Below are positions 8,801-17,660 of a stretch of 64,000 nucleotides of DNA, piece after piece. Where the stretch lies: assembly GCA_963785265.1 (NCBI GenBank), contig CAWAUN010000010.1:25524-89523 (forward strand). The letters are read 5' to 3'. The notes under the pieces are model-generated. The model worked only from the letters and a program-made list of their open reading frames with translations, searched no databases and was not told the DNA's origin. This DNA is from an uncultured Acidobacteriaceae bacterium. Its GTDB lineage: Bacteria; Acidobacteriota; Terriglobia; Terriglobales; Acidobacteriaceae. Position 1 is the first letter of the stretch; every line of letters begins with the position of its first letter. Made by a program: the position numbers and the translations under genes.

Positions 8801-11548
8801 TCACAGCTTAGTATCCGCCGACACAGCTAAATTGAACTGATCGCGCAGAAACTTGACTGCCTCGTCTCGCCCTGGAGATACGCCCTGAGAAGTTGCATTC
8901 AAGTACAACACATACAATTCCGCGGCTCCGTCGGTGTCGCCCTGTTGCGCCAGTGTTTTCGCCGCCTGCAGGACCGCCGCCGGCAGCTCCGCCGCTCTTT
9001 CTCGCACCGCTTTGACTAACGCGTTCCGGGACTCAATTTCCAGATCTGTCAGAAACTGCGCCCCGTCCGGTTCCACGCCTTGGTTGGTGATTCCTTTGGT
9101 ATCTTCCGCTTTGACGTCTTGCAAAACAACTGTCGTAGCGTGTTTGTCCTTACGTACATCGGCCGGCTGCCCCACAAGATTACCCGCCCGGTCCCGAAAC
9201 TGGAATTGGATTTCCGCCGACGCCGTCAGATCAATGGTCTTTTTTGTGTAGTGATAAGACTCAATGACGGTTTCCACGCGGCTCTGCTCCGTCGTATCCA
9301 ACTTATGCCGCAACTCGTCGACGGTTTTCTGCGCCTGCTGCACCGCGTCGTTGGCATCGGCGATCACTTGCTTCTTCTTGTGTTGGGCTTGGGCGTCAGC
9401 CAGCGCATGTTGCGCCGAGCTGAGCTGCTGTTGAGCGGATTCATAGTCGCTTTCGATTTGCAGCCAAGCCGGATTTTTCGTCTCGTGCGCGCCCGCCCGG
9501 TATTTCGATTCCGGAGCCTCCAGGTTCGCTTTCTTCACCACGCGATGTTCCAGAACCTGTCCGACGAGCATGAAAAGGGGCTGTTGCGCCTCGTCGACCT
9601 CCGAGGAATTACGCACGACCGCAATCGGCGTCCCGGAAGAATCGAGTCCGCTGGTTATCGCGTCTGCAAGCTGGTCGGCGAAGCCATGGCTGTCGCGACG
9701 TGAGGTTTGATCGCGGAACACAATGCCGACCGAGAGCTGCGATCGCCGTTGATAAAGTGGCTCGTAACGGGCCGTCTCATCTTTCAGACGGTCGAGATTG
9801 GTAATCCCGTAACGCAGGGCTTGTTTCAGGTAAAGCCACCCAACACCGGCTCCGGATCCCGAAGCCTTCTGCAGATATCGATGGGCTTGGTCGAGGCAGT
9901 AAGCACTGATCTTGGCGGAAAGGAAATCGCGTTTGAGAGTGATCGCCGGGTCATCCCCTAGAGAGCTGGCGCGATCCCACAGAATAAAGGCCTCCAGCGC
10001 AGCATTCTCGTCAGCCGGGTTTTTGATGGGAACGTGCGACTCCTGCATTTTCTGTGCGCGCCGCACGGCTTCGCCGATATAGTTGTGCGACAACGCCGCA
10101 AGTTGCGACGTTACCATGGCGCGCTGCTTCTCAGGTAAGTCGGCGAGTACGTTATAAGCCTCGACAAACTGGCTCTTCTGCGCGTACTCGTCGCTCTCGG
10201 CAACAGCGGCGTTCGCCGCCTGCTGATTGCGTTGGACCTCGATTTGAGCGGCAGCGTTGGCGGCGGCGGCCTGAACATCCTTGCGGTCGGGCCGGATGGC
10301 CGCCGCTTTATCAAATTCCTCGATTGCCTTTTCCCAGTCCTGGTTTACCGCCAGTTTGCGTCCGTGTTCGTAGTGGTGTTTGAACGCCGCATCGAGCACG
10401 GCATCCACGCGAGGCATTTCGGAAGCGAACGCGACATAGGAGCCCAGGGAATTGACGGCCTGGTCGTAATGTAACTCCGCTATCAACACCTGTGCGTTCA
10501 CGATGGTCGTGTCCAGTTTCCGCTGCTCGCCGGCAATCTCGCGCTGGAGACTCAGCAGAGGAGCATAGTCGGGGCGGACTTCCAACAGGCGTTCCACGTG
10601 CTGCCTGGCAGCGATCAGTTGCGAATACCCAGGCGTATCGTCTTGCAGTGCTTTTCGGTACGCCTCGAGACGTGTCTGATCAGGTCGAGCCAGGTTGTCC
10701 AATTCTCGCCCTATGTTGTCCATTAACCGCGCAGCGGGTTTGTAACCGGCGGACGACTGGCTGGCGGTTTGTGCCTCCAGGCATGCCTGCCGCAGCAGGG
10801 CGATATCTCGTGCCTTGCCGCCGCTCGAACTTTGATACTGCGCAAAAACAGCTTCGGCTGCCTGCTCATGAAATCCGGCGATGGCATCTTGAGCGGAAGC
10901 TCGGCGCGCCGAGGACGGATAACGGGTTGAGAAATCCTCCCAGTCTCGGACCGTGTTCGCCCGTTGCGCGCGCAGGAAGTCAGCAAGTTCAACGTCCGGA
11001 CCGGCGATAAACACCATTTGCACACCGGGCTTGAAGGTTGGGATCGTTGCCGTTGTCATTGTCGTTGCAGCGCGAGGCGATGACGAGACCGGCGTGCCGC
11101 GAATGATGGCTTGTTCAGCGGCTGCCGCCGGCGTGAGTTCGACGCTCCGTTCGAATTTCAGATTGCTGGGGACAACACAGACGGACTTGCCGTTTACGGT
11201 TAGCGTGAGTACGCCGTCGGCGCCGCGCTGAAGCGAGCTGGCGCCGGCCAGGGATGTGCGCGGAAGGCCATTATAAGTATTCTTGTCGAGCCTCGAAACC
11301 CCGTCACAGTTGCGAACTTCGATCTTTCCATTCAGTGCTGCTTCAGTGATCTGCACATACGCCGCACCCTGAGGGCCGTCGAACAAAACCACCGCCGTCA
11401 GGGACGCATCTTTGGCGTAAGTCGTGATCGATGCTCCACCCACAAGAATAACGACGAGAACAGCCGCCAGGCAGCAACGGTCGAGACGCGAGATCTCGCT
11501 CGGCCGCTTCGAAGGGGAGAGGAAAGAAATGGGTTTCCACAACTTCAT
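8801..11548 (-). CDS. Large N-terminally membrane-anchored protein with helical/TPR-like repeats (hypothetical)
   Basis: ATG 11548 (MKLWKPISF..) is followed by one hydrophobic segment, CCLAAVLVVILVGGASITTYA, then ~870 aa that are Ala/Gln/Glu-rich and helical. Divergent from the Ser/Thr kinase gene. Confidence 0.75.
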   Translation of the reverse strand: MKLWKPISFLSPSKRPSEISRLDRCCLAAVLVVILVGGASITTYAKDASLTAVVLFDGPQGAAYVQITEAALNGKIEVRNCDGVSRLDKNTYNGLPRTSLAGASSLQRGADGVLTLTVNGKSVCVVPSNLKFERSVELTPAAAAEQAIIRGTPVSSSPRAATTMTTATIPTFKPGVQMVFIAGPDVELADFLRAQRANTVRDWEDFSTRYPSSARRASAQDAIAGFHEQAAEAVFAQYQSSSGGKARDIALLRQACLEAQTASQSSAGYKPAARLMDNIGRELDNLARPDQTRLEAYRKALQDDTPGYSQLIAARQHVERLLEVRPDYAPLLSLQREIAGEQRKLDTTIVNAQVLIAELHYDQAVNSLGSYVAFASEMPRVDAVLDAAFKHHYEHGRKLAVNQDWEKAIEEFDKAAAIRPDRKDVQAAAANAAAQIEVQRNQQAANAAVAESDEYAQKSQFVEAYNVLADLPEKQRAMVTSQLAALSHNYIGEAVRRAQKMQESHVPIKNPADENAALEAFILWDRASSLGDDPAITLKRDFLSAKISAYCLDQAHRYLQKASGSGAGVGWLYLKQALRYGITNLDRLKDETARYEPLYQRRSQLSVGIVFRDQTSRRDSHGFADQLADAITSGLDSSGTPIAVVRNSSEVDEAQQPLFMLVGQVLEHRVVKKANLEAPESKYRAGAHETKNPAWLQIESDYESAQQQLSSAQHALADAQAQHKKKQVIADANDAVQQAQKTVDELRHKLDTTEQSRVETVIESYHYTKKTIDLTASAEIQFQFRDRAGNLVGQPADVRKDKHATTVVLQDVKAEDTKGITNQGVEPDGAQFLTDLEIESRNALVKAVRERAAELPAAVLQAAKTLAQQGDTDGAAELYVLYLNATSQGVSPGRDEAVKFLRDQFNLAVSADTKL

Positions 11549-11730
11549 AGAGATCCGCAAGCTACATTTTCTCGCAGGAAAGAACGGCTGAAGCAAGATC
11601 GATAGCCCAATCAAAACTAAAGTAAGTGGGAAGCAAAACTTAGCGGGGCTATGATTGAAAATACAGCGCACAGACTCGATAACTTGTGCGTTTGCGCCTA
11701 TTTGCGATGACAGCCCATTAGAGATTTCTC

Positions 11731-13581
11731 ATGGAATTGGCAAAACCACCAAGCAACGGGGTTGAGCAACTGGGATCTACTGTGGAGCCCGCCTCTGGGC
11801 ACCCGCCTCAGGCAGGTCGGGCGAACCTCACAGCATTGAGCCGTTACCAGATCCAGGAAGAGTTAGGGCGCGGTGCCATGGGAGCCGTCTATAAGGCATT
11901 CGATCCCGTAATTGCCCGTACCGTCGCGCTCAAGACTATTTTGATCGACAATAATGCTCCCGATCGCGACCAGATGATCGAAAGGCTCAAGCAAGAAGCC
12001 AAAGCGGCCGGCGGACTGGATCATCCCAACATCATCACCATCTACGACGTTGGCGAGGAAAACAGTACCGTTTATTTGAGCATGCAGTTCGTCAAAGGAA
12101 CCACCCTGGCCGCGCTATTGGCCGATGTTGGCGTGCCTTCCCTTCCCACGCTCCTCTCTTGGGCTGACCAGATTTCAGCAGCGGTCGGTTTTGCACACGC
12201 CCGCGGCGTCATTCACCGCGACCTGAAACCGGCCAACCTCATGGTCACCGACCAGGGGGCCATCAAAGTCCTCGACTTCGGAATTGCTAAAATCGAGAAC
12301 ACGGCGCTCACGCAAACCGGGCTGGTCATGGGTACGCCCGGCTACATGGCTCCCGAGCAGATCGCTGGCAAGAAAGTGGATCATCGCGCGGACATCTTTT
12401 CCCTGGGTGCTGTCTTCTATGAATTGCTGACCCGCGAAAAGCCGTTTGCCGGCGATATCGCGACTGTCCTCTACAAGATCGTGAATGAGGATCCCGTCGC
12501 GCCGTCGCTCATCAACCCGGCGATTCCCGGCGGGATCGATGCCGTCATCCGGAAAGCCCTCGCCAAAGATCCCAGGGATCGATTCCAGACTTGCGAGGAA
12601 ATGCGGCAGGCCTTCCTGGAGCAATCGGTTCGCGCACCGCTCACCTCGCCCGCGAAAGTTCCCGCAGAAAAAGTTCCCGCAGAAAAGGTGGTCGCCCGCC
12701 GGGCACCAATCCCCGCAAGCGCTCGGCGTGACTCTCAACGCGAAGCAATCCGACCGCGAATCTGGCCGCGTCTGATTTTGTACTCTGCGCTCATTCTTAT
12801 GGCAGCGGCTGGTTGGGCTCTTTACATTCGTTCACAGACGGGCGCGTTTCCTCCGTTCGCTGCGAAAGTCGAAAGCCAGATCAAAGCCCTGACTTCAGGC
12901 GCGGAAAAGCTCAGTGAGCATTCCACGCAGGTTCCCGGCCGCGCCGCCGATGAGCACATCGTCGCGCCCGCCCGTCCTCAGAAGCCGGAGACGGCGGATG
13001 TTCCAGCGGCCGCGGCCAAGCCATCTCCAATTCCGGCGGCTGCAAATCCCGCAGACGTACCGACGTTGCAGCCGGCCGTGGCGCAGTCGTCGAGCGATCG
13101 CGCGATCGGCGATCACCCGATCGGCGATCATCCGATCAGCGACAGCGCCCCCGTCTCAGGATCACCGGCATCGTCTCCATCGGTGGAGACGCCCCAGAAG
13201 TCTGGCGATCCATTCCATCCCGCACCTCAAGCGGTGGAGTCGAGCGACCACAATCAACCTGCAGCGGACAACGCAACCGGCCACGACTCAGTCACCGCGT
13301 CTTCTGCCTCCCGCGACAACGAGAATGACAAGCAAGCTCCGCAGCCATTCAGACCAAAGCTGCCGCTTGCCCGAAAACGCGCTCCGGAATCGGCTTTGAC
13401 GGTAGACGGTTTCAGCCGACAGGACGTCCCGGACCTGCTGAGCCAGGCCGATTCCTCAACCGCGCGCGGCGATTATCGTCTGGCGCGTTACGAATACGGA
13501 CTTGTTCTAAAGCTCGATCGCAACAATGTCCAGGCGCGAGAAGGTCTACGCCGCTTGGCAGCCGCTTGGCAGTCGCGCTGA
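11731..13581 (+). CDS. Hanks-type Ser/Thr protein kinase with TM segment, Pro/Ala-rich linker and C-terminal TPR-like motif
   Basis: GRGAMGAVYKA, HRDLKPANLM, DFGIAK, GTPGYMAPEQ; TM segment IWPRLILYSALILMAAAGWALYI. Confidence 0.9.
   Translation: MELAKPPSNGVEQLGSTVEPASGHPPQAGRANLTALSRYQIQEELGRGAMGAVYKAFDPVIARTVALKTILIDNNAPDRDQMIERLKQEAKAAGGLDHPNIITIYDVGEENSTVYLSMQFVKGTTLAALLADVGVPSLPTLLSWADQISAAVGFAHARGVIHRDLKPANLMVTDQGAIKVLDFGIAKIENTALTQTGLVMGTPGYMAPEQIAGKKVDHRADIFSLGAVFYELLTREKPFAGDIATVLYKIVNEDPVAPSLINPAIPGGIDAVIRKALAKDPRDRFQTCEEMRQAFLEQSVRAPLTSPAKVPAEKVPAEKVVARRAPIPASARRDSQREAIRPRIWPRLILYSALILMAAAGWALYIRSQTGAFPPFAAKVESQIKALTSGAEKLSEHSTQVPGRAADEHIVAPARPQKPETADVPAAAAKPSPIPAAANPADVPTLQPAVAQSSSDRAIGDHPIGDHPISDSAPVSGSPASSPSVETPQKSGDPFHPAPQAVESSDHNQPAADNATGHDSVTASSASRDNENDKQAPQPFRPKLPLARKRAPESALTVDGFSRQDVPDLLSQADSSTARGDYRLARYEYGLVLKLDRNNVQAREGLRRLAAAWQSR
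12655..12684 (+). repeat. Perfect 15-nt tandem duplication inside the kinase linker
   Basis: aaagttcccgcagaa occurs twice in tandem (encodes KVPAE KVPAE). Confidence 0.9.
13104..13143 (+). repeat. 15-nt tandem repeat, ~2.7 copies, inside the kinase linker
   Basis: gatcggcgatcaccc / gatcggcgatcatcc / gatcagcgac (encodes IGDHP IGDHP ISD). Confidence 0.85.
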
Positions 13582-13628
13582 CTCCCGCCAACTCGGAGGT
13601 CCCGATGTAGTTCGAAACGTGTCATAAT

Positions 13629-13787
13629 CCATCCCCTGAAACGTGGGAGAGTCTCAATGTAGCGCGGCTTTTCGGCATCATCGCCCAAGGCTGCCCGAAG
13701 CCGCATTCTGGATCGCTGTGCACCGTGACTTGCGCCGCTTCTACCAGCAGAAAACGCAGCAGCGAGTTGCCTGAGGTCATCAATCAC
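13629..13787 (-). pseudogene. Relic of an OmpR/CadC-type winged-helix DNA-binding domain
   Basis: The minus-strand translation contains LRAALGDDAEKPRYIETLPRFRGW, the recognition-helix/wing signature (..LR.ALGD....P.YIETV.R.GY). No receiver or other domain is present and there is no room for a full gene. Confidence 0.35.
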
Positions 13788-13891
13788 AGTGATTGGCTCC
13801 TCCGGGTGAGTCCGCTCCCTGACGTTCCCATCAGAAAATGACGCTGGTCGTCGCGGCGTGGTTACCGGCGTGATTTCTCGCTTTGCTATGG

Positions 13892-14254
13892 TTACGCTAT
13901 GTAGGCGTTGATTGCGTCGAGGTATTGGGCTAGAACTTTTTTCCCGTCGTCTTCAAATTCAAGAAACTTGATGCCGTTGCCGAACTGAGGGTGACAGGTG
14001 ACGACACGTCCCCGCATGCGCACGGGGCAATTGGTCAACCAGAGCTTGGCGGTTACATCGGTGCCGATGGGAAGGGGCAACATCGATTCGACGTAGCATC
14101 CGCCCCGGCTGAGGTCGGTTGTGCTCATGCGTAGGGGAACATCGCTGCCATCCTCCCGGACTTCGATTTGAACCTGAACGGAGTGGCGAGGATCGCGGCG
14201 GCGGTCGGGTGGCGCGAGAACATGGCTTAGAAGCTGTTGATCGGGAGATTTCAT
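13892..14254 (-). CDS. Stand-alone PilZ-domain protein (c-di-GMP receptor)
   Basis: RRRDPR (RxxxR) and DLSRGG (D/NxSxxG) motifs at the right spacing. ATG 14254 (MKSPDQQ) is preferred; the longer TTG-initiated extension to 14350 would cover the candidate promoter. Confidence 0.8.
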   Translation of the reverse strand: MKSPDQQLLSHVLAPPDRRRDPRHSVQVQIEVREDGSDVPLRMSTTDLSRGGCYVESMLPLPIGTDVTAKLWLTNCPVRMRGRVVTCHPQFGNGIKFLEFEDDGKKVLAQYLDAINAYIA

Positions 14255-14312
14255 GAAATGGCTTCGCTGTGTCTTAGGCAAGGCTTCGCAGGGCCTTGTG
14301 TAGCATGGCTGG

Positions 14313-14329
14313 AGCAAACGAAGCTCCAA
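14313..14329 (-). promoter_or_regulatory. Candidate sigma54 (-24/-12) promoter for the PilZ gene
   Basis: Minus strand reads TTGGAGCttcgtTTGCT. GG (14327-14326) and GC (14315-14314) are separated by exactly 10 nt. The element lies about 60 nt upstream of ATG 14254. Confidence 0.4.
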
Positions 14330-14388
14330 ACATAAGTTCATCAATACCAATGAGGGTTAAGCGCGAGAGTTGTTTGAAAAATGGATTA

Positions 14389-14405
14389 TGTCCAGAATTT
14401 GGACA
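14389..14405. promoter_or_regulatory. Perfect inverted repeat TGTCCA-N5-TGGACA (possible activator binding site)
   Basis: tgtccagaatttggaca, about 65 nt upstream of the candidate -24 element. Resembles the repeat at 22354-22370. Confidence 0.35.
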
Positions 14406-14969
14406 AAGACTTAAATTGCGTACACGTCCTCACCGAAGATTTCGCGGAGGAGTTTGCCTTCGGGAGAGTTCCAATGACTCCTTCTCAAATCCAGGACAAC
14501 CCTGATGCTCGAACGTGAGGAGTCTGGCGCGATGACTCCGGGGGTTGCCGCAGGTGCCCCATTCCAGTGAGGCGGGTCCGCTCATGGTGTGGTACCACTT
14601 GCACCCACCGGAGCCGCCCGATAGTCTGGGTGGGCTTTTTTGCATCACGCGAAAGGTGGGAGCACGATAGTTTACGTAACCAGGCGTTCTCACAGCTTTG
14701 CGCGGTCTGCTCGCCCCTTCCGCGATTTGGGCGGGGGGATTTTGAGTGATATCGCGATGTTACGCCAACAACACACGGCAAAAGCGCACCGAATCATGAA
14801 ACTGTTTCACATTGATGCGAACAGCGCAGCGGGAGGATTCGAAAAGCACGATCATTACCAGGAATCCTGATTCGCACGATTGCGTCTGTTTTGCGCGCGC
14901 GTTGCCAGATGCGGTGTAAGTTGTTGCAGAGTTGATGTAATGACAGCCTCACCTCAAAACAATTCGTCG

Positions 14970-16379
14970 CTACCTGCCACTCCCCGCTGCGTTGGCGATG
15001 CGGTGATCCCTCGTCGCATGCTTTTCTTTGATTCTTGCCAGCATTTCGTAAACCGTGGCTCTGCCGATCCCCAGGATTTCAGCGGCTCTCGACTTGTTCC
15101 CTTCCACCCGCTCCAGGACGCGCAGTATATGCCGGTTTTGGACCTCTTCCATCGATAACATCGCGTCGTCGACGGCAGTACTGTTCCCTGGCAGACTACG
15201 CAAGGGCTCGGGAAGATCGCTCAGGTCAATCGTGCTGCCTTCCGTCATCATCGCGGCGCTGCCAATCACGTTCTCTAACTCGCGCACGTTGCCCGGCCAG
15301 CCGTAGGTGGCCATTTGGCGCTGCGCGCGCCGCGTGATGCCCGCGATCGGTTTCGTGTATTGAGTTGCAAATTTATCAACGAAGTGTTTCTGCAACAGCG
15401 GCAAGTCCTCTTTTCGTTCCGATAACCGAGGCAGAGGTATCTCGACCATGGAGAGTCGATAATAAAGGTCCTCGCGGAACTGCCCATCCGCAACCATCGT
15501 GCGCAGTTGGCGGTGAGTCGCTCCAATCACCCGTACATCGACGGTCCGAATCACAGGCGAACCAACTCGCTGAACCTCTTTTTGCTGCAGAACGCGGAGC
15601 AGTTTGGCTTGCGCAGGCAGAGATAACTCGCCAATTTCGTCCAGAAACACCGTGCCCCCGTTGGCGTGTTCAAAAATACCCATCTTGTCTTGGGTCGCGC
15701 CGGTGAAAGCTCCACGTACGTAACCGAATAGTTCGCTCTCGAGCAGCGTTTCGACCAGTGCCGAACAGTTGCAAACCACGAACGGGCCGGGGCGGTGAGG
15801 ACTCAAATGATGCAGAGCTCGGGCCACGAGTTCCTTGCCGGTTCCGGTTGCCCCGGTGACAAGGACGGTATGGAAATGCGGGGCAACACGACGAATGATC
15901 GCGAATGTATCGAGCATCACGGGACTGCGCCCGATGATTCCTTCGAACTGATAAGTATCGAGTAAGGCGCTGTCCAAATGGAGAGCTCGCTGCCGTTTCT
16001 CCGCCTCGCTTACCAGCGCCGAAATCCGATTCCGGAGTTTGGCTATGTCCAAAGGCTTGGTTAAGTAATCGCATGCTCCTTTTTGGATCGCCTCGACGGC
16101 AGACTCGGTCGAGTAATGCGCCGTCATGAGAATGACGTCCGCTCCTGGATCCGCAGCCAGCATACGGTCTAACAATTCCATCCCGCCCATCTTGGGCAGC
16201 ACAAGATCAAGCAAGACAACATCCGGACGAGCCTGAAGGAAGAGTTCCAGTCCCGCTTCGGCGTCGCTGGCCGTCAAGATCTCAAGATTGTCCTGAGCGA
16301 TCGCCTCGGTGATGAGCTCAAGATTCTGAGGTGTGTCGTCTATGGCTAAGAGTTTCAGCGCAGTGTCCTTTTGGTTCAA
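14970..16379 (-). CDS. Sigma54-dependent response regulator (NtrC family: REC - AAA+ - Fis-type HTH)
   Basis: REC (LLAIDDTPQ..VLLDLVLPKMGG), Walker A GATGTGKE, GAFTGA loop (RGAFTGATQDK), C-terminal HTH AAEILGIGRATVYEML. The ORF maximum runs to 16544; the REC alignment suggests the TTG at 16379. Confidence 0.88.
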   Translation of the reverse strand: MNQKDTALKLLAIDDTPQNLELITEAIAQDNLEILTASDAEAGLELFLQARPDVVLLDLVLPKMGGMELLDRMLAADPGADVILMTAHYSTESAVEAIQKGACDYLTKPLDIAKLRNRISALVSEAEKRQRALHLDSALLDTYQFEGIIGRSPVMLDTFAIIRRVAPHFHTVLVTGATGTGKELVARALHHLSPHRPGPFVVCNCSALVETLLESELFGYVRGAFTGATQDKMGIFEHANGGTVFLDEIGELSLPAQAKLLRVLQQKEVQRVGSPVIRTVDVRVIGATHRQLRTMVADGQFREDLYYRLSMVEIPLPRLSERKEDLPLLQKHFVDKFATQYTKPIAGITRRAQRQMATYGWPGNVRELENVIGSAAMMTEGSTIDLSDLPEPLRSLPGNSTAVDDAMLSMEEVQNRHILRVLERVEGNKSRAAEILGIGRATVYEMLARIKEKHATRDHRIANAAGSGR

Positions 16380-16588
16380 TACATGAACACCAGCTTGGCA
16401 CGCCAAAAATGTGGAAGCCACATTACGGTAGTCACAATGTGACCGCGAGACGAGGAATGCGGCAGCCTGATGCCTGACAACCTCGAATCGGCTGCGACCG
16501 TAAACAAACATGTTAGCGGCGGCATAACGGCCGCACTCACTCATGGATCAGGTCGTGACTTCAGTAACTAGCTCTTGCGTTCTCTTGC

Positions 16589-17641
16589 ATGCGACCCTTA
16601 CAGCACATTCGTGATACTAAGTGGGGCAGTATGTTGTATACGCCGCAACAACCAATCACCGGCACCATTCTGGTCGCCGATGACCAAACCGCGAATCGTG
16701 AGTTGTTAGAGGAACTCCTCACCGCAAACGGATGCAAGGTAATTACTGTACCGGACGGTGCGGCCGTGGTTGAAGAACTTACCCGAACTCAAGTCGACCT
16801 GGTCCTTCTCGATGTGATGATGCCTCGCCTGACCGGCTTCGAGGCCTGCCAACAAATCAAAAATAACGCCGACACTTATTTGATCCCCGTCATTTTGGTC
16901 ACCGCACTCTCTGGCAAGGAGGACCGGATCGAAGGCATCCGAGTGGGCGCGGACGATTTCCTGACCCGACCCGTGGATCGAAGCGAGCTGCTGGCTCGGG
17001 TGCGATCGCTCTTGCGCCTTAAACACCACACTGATGAACTGGAACGCGCCGAGTCCGTATTGTTCAGCCTGGCACGGAGCATTGAGGGCAAGGACCCGTA
17101 CACCCATGGTCATTGTGAACGGCTGTCTGAATACTCGGCTCGCCTGGGAGAACATCTCGGGCTCGCTTTGGATGAGATTACCGCCTTGCGCCGTGCCGGC
17201 GTGGTGCACGACGTGGGCAAAGTTGCCGTGCCCGATGCGATTCTCTTGAAGCCCGGCCGTCTCACCGAGGAAGAGCGGAAACTGATGCAGCAGCATCCCG
17301 TTGTGGGCGAGCGCATCTGTGCTCCACTCAAGTCGTTTCGTTTGGTGCTCCCGATCATTCGGCATCATCACGAGAAACTCGACGGCACAGGGTATCCCGA
17401 TGGCCTTCGAGGAGAGAGCATCCCGCTCACCGCCCGGGTGCTGCAGGTTGTCGACGTTTACGATGCCTTGACCACCGAACGACCGTATAAGCCTGCCCTC
17501 TCGATTGCCGATGCACTGCAAACCATGAAACAGGAAGTAGCAAACGGGTGGTGGGATCCACGTATCTTTGACGAATTTGAACGGCTGATCCGGAGCGCAG
17601 CGGGAGATCCTCGATCCAAAAGTGCGTTGGCTGCGCAGTAG
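16589..17641 (+). CDS. Response regulator with HD-GYP domain (c-di-GMP phosphodiesterase type)
   Basis: REC (ILVADDQTANRE..VLLDVMMPRLTG) followed by HD..HDVGK..HHEKLDGTGYPDGL. Alternative start ATG 16631. Confidence 0.88.
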   Translation: MRPLQHIRDTKWGSMLYTPQQPITGTILVADDQTANRELLEELLTANGCKVITVPDGAAVVEELTRTQVDLVLLDVMMPRLTGFEACQQIKNNADTYLIPVILVTALSGKEDRIEGIRVGADDFLTRPVDRSELLARVRSLLRLKHHTDELERAESVLFSLARSIEGKDPYTHGHCERLSEYSARLGEHLGLALDEITALRRAGVVHDVGKVAVPDAILLKPGRLTEEERKLMQQHPVVGERICAPLKSFRLVLPIIRHHHEKLDGTGYPDGLRGESIPLTARVLQVVDVYDALTTERPYKPALSIADALQTMKQEVANGWWDPRIFDEFERLIRSAAGDPRSKSALAAQ

Positions 17642-17660
17642 TTAACCAATACAGCGGGAG

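Noticed and set aside
14351-14969. c-di-GMP (GEMM) riboswitch expected by context between the activator and PilZ genes.
   Set aside because: I could not find the GEMM-I conserved GCAAA/GGGACGCAAAGCC-type elements on either strand.
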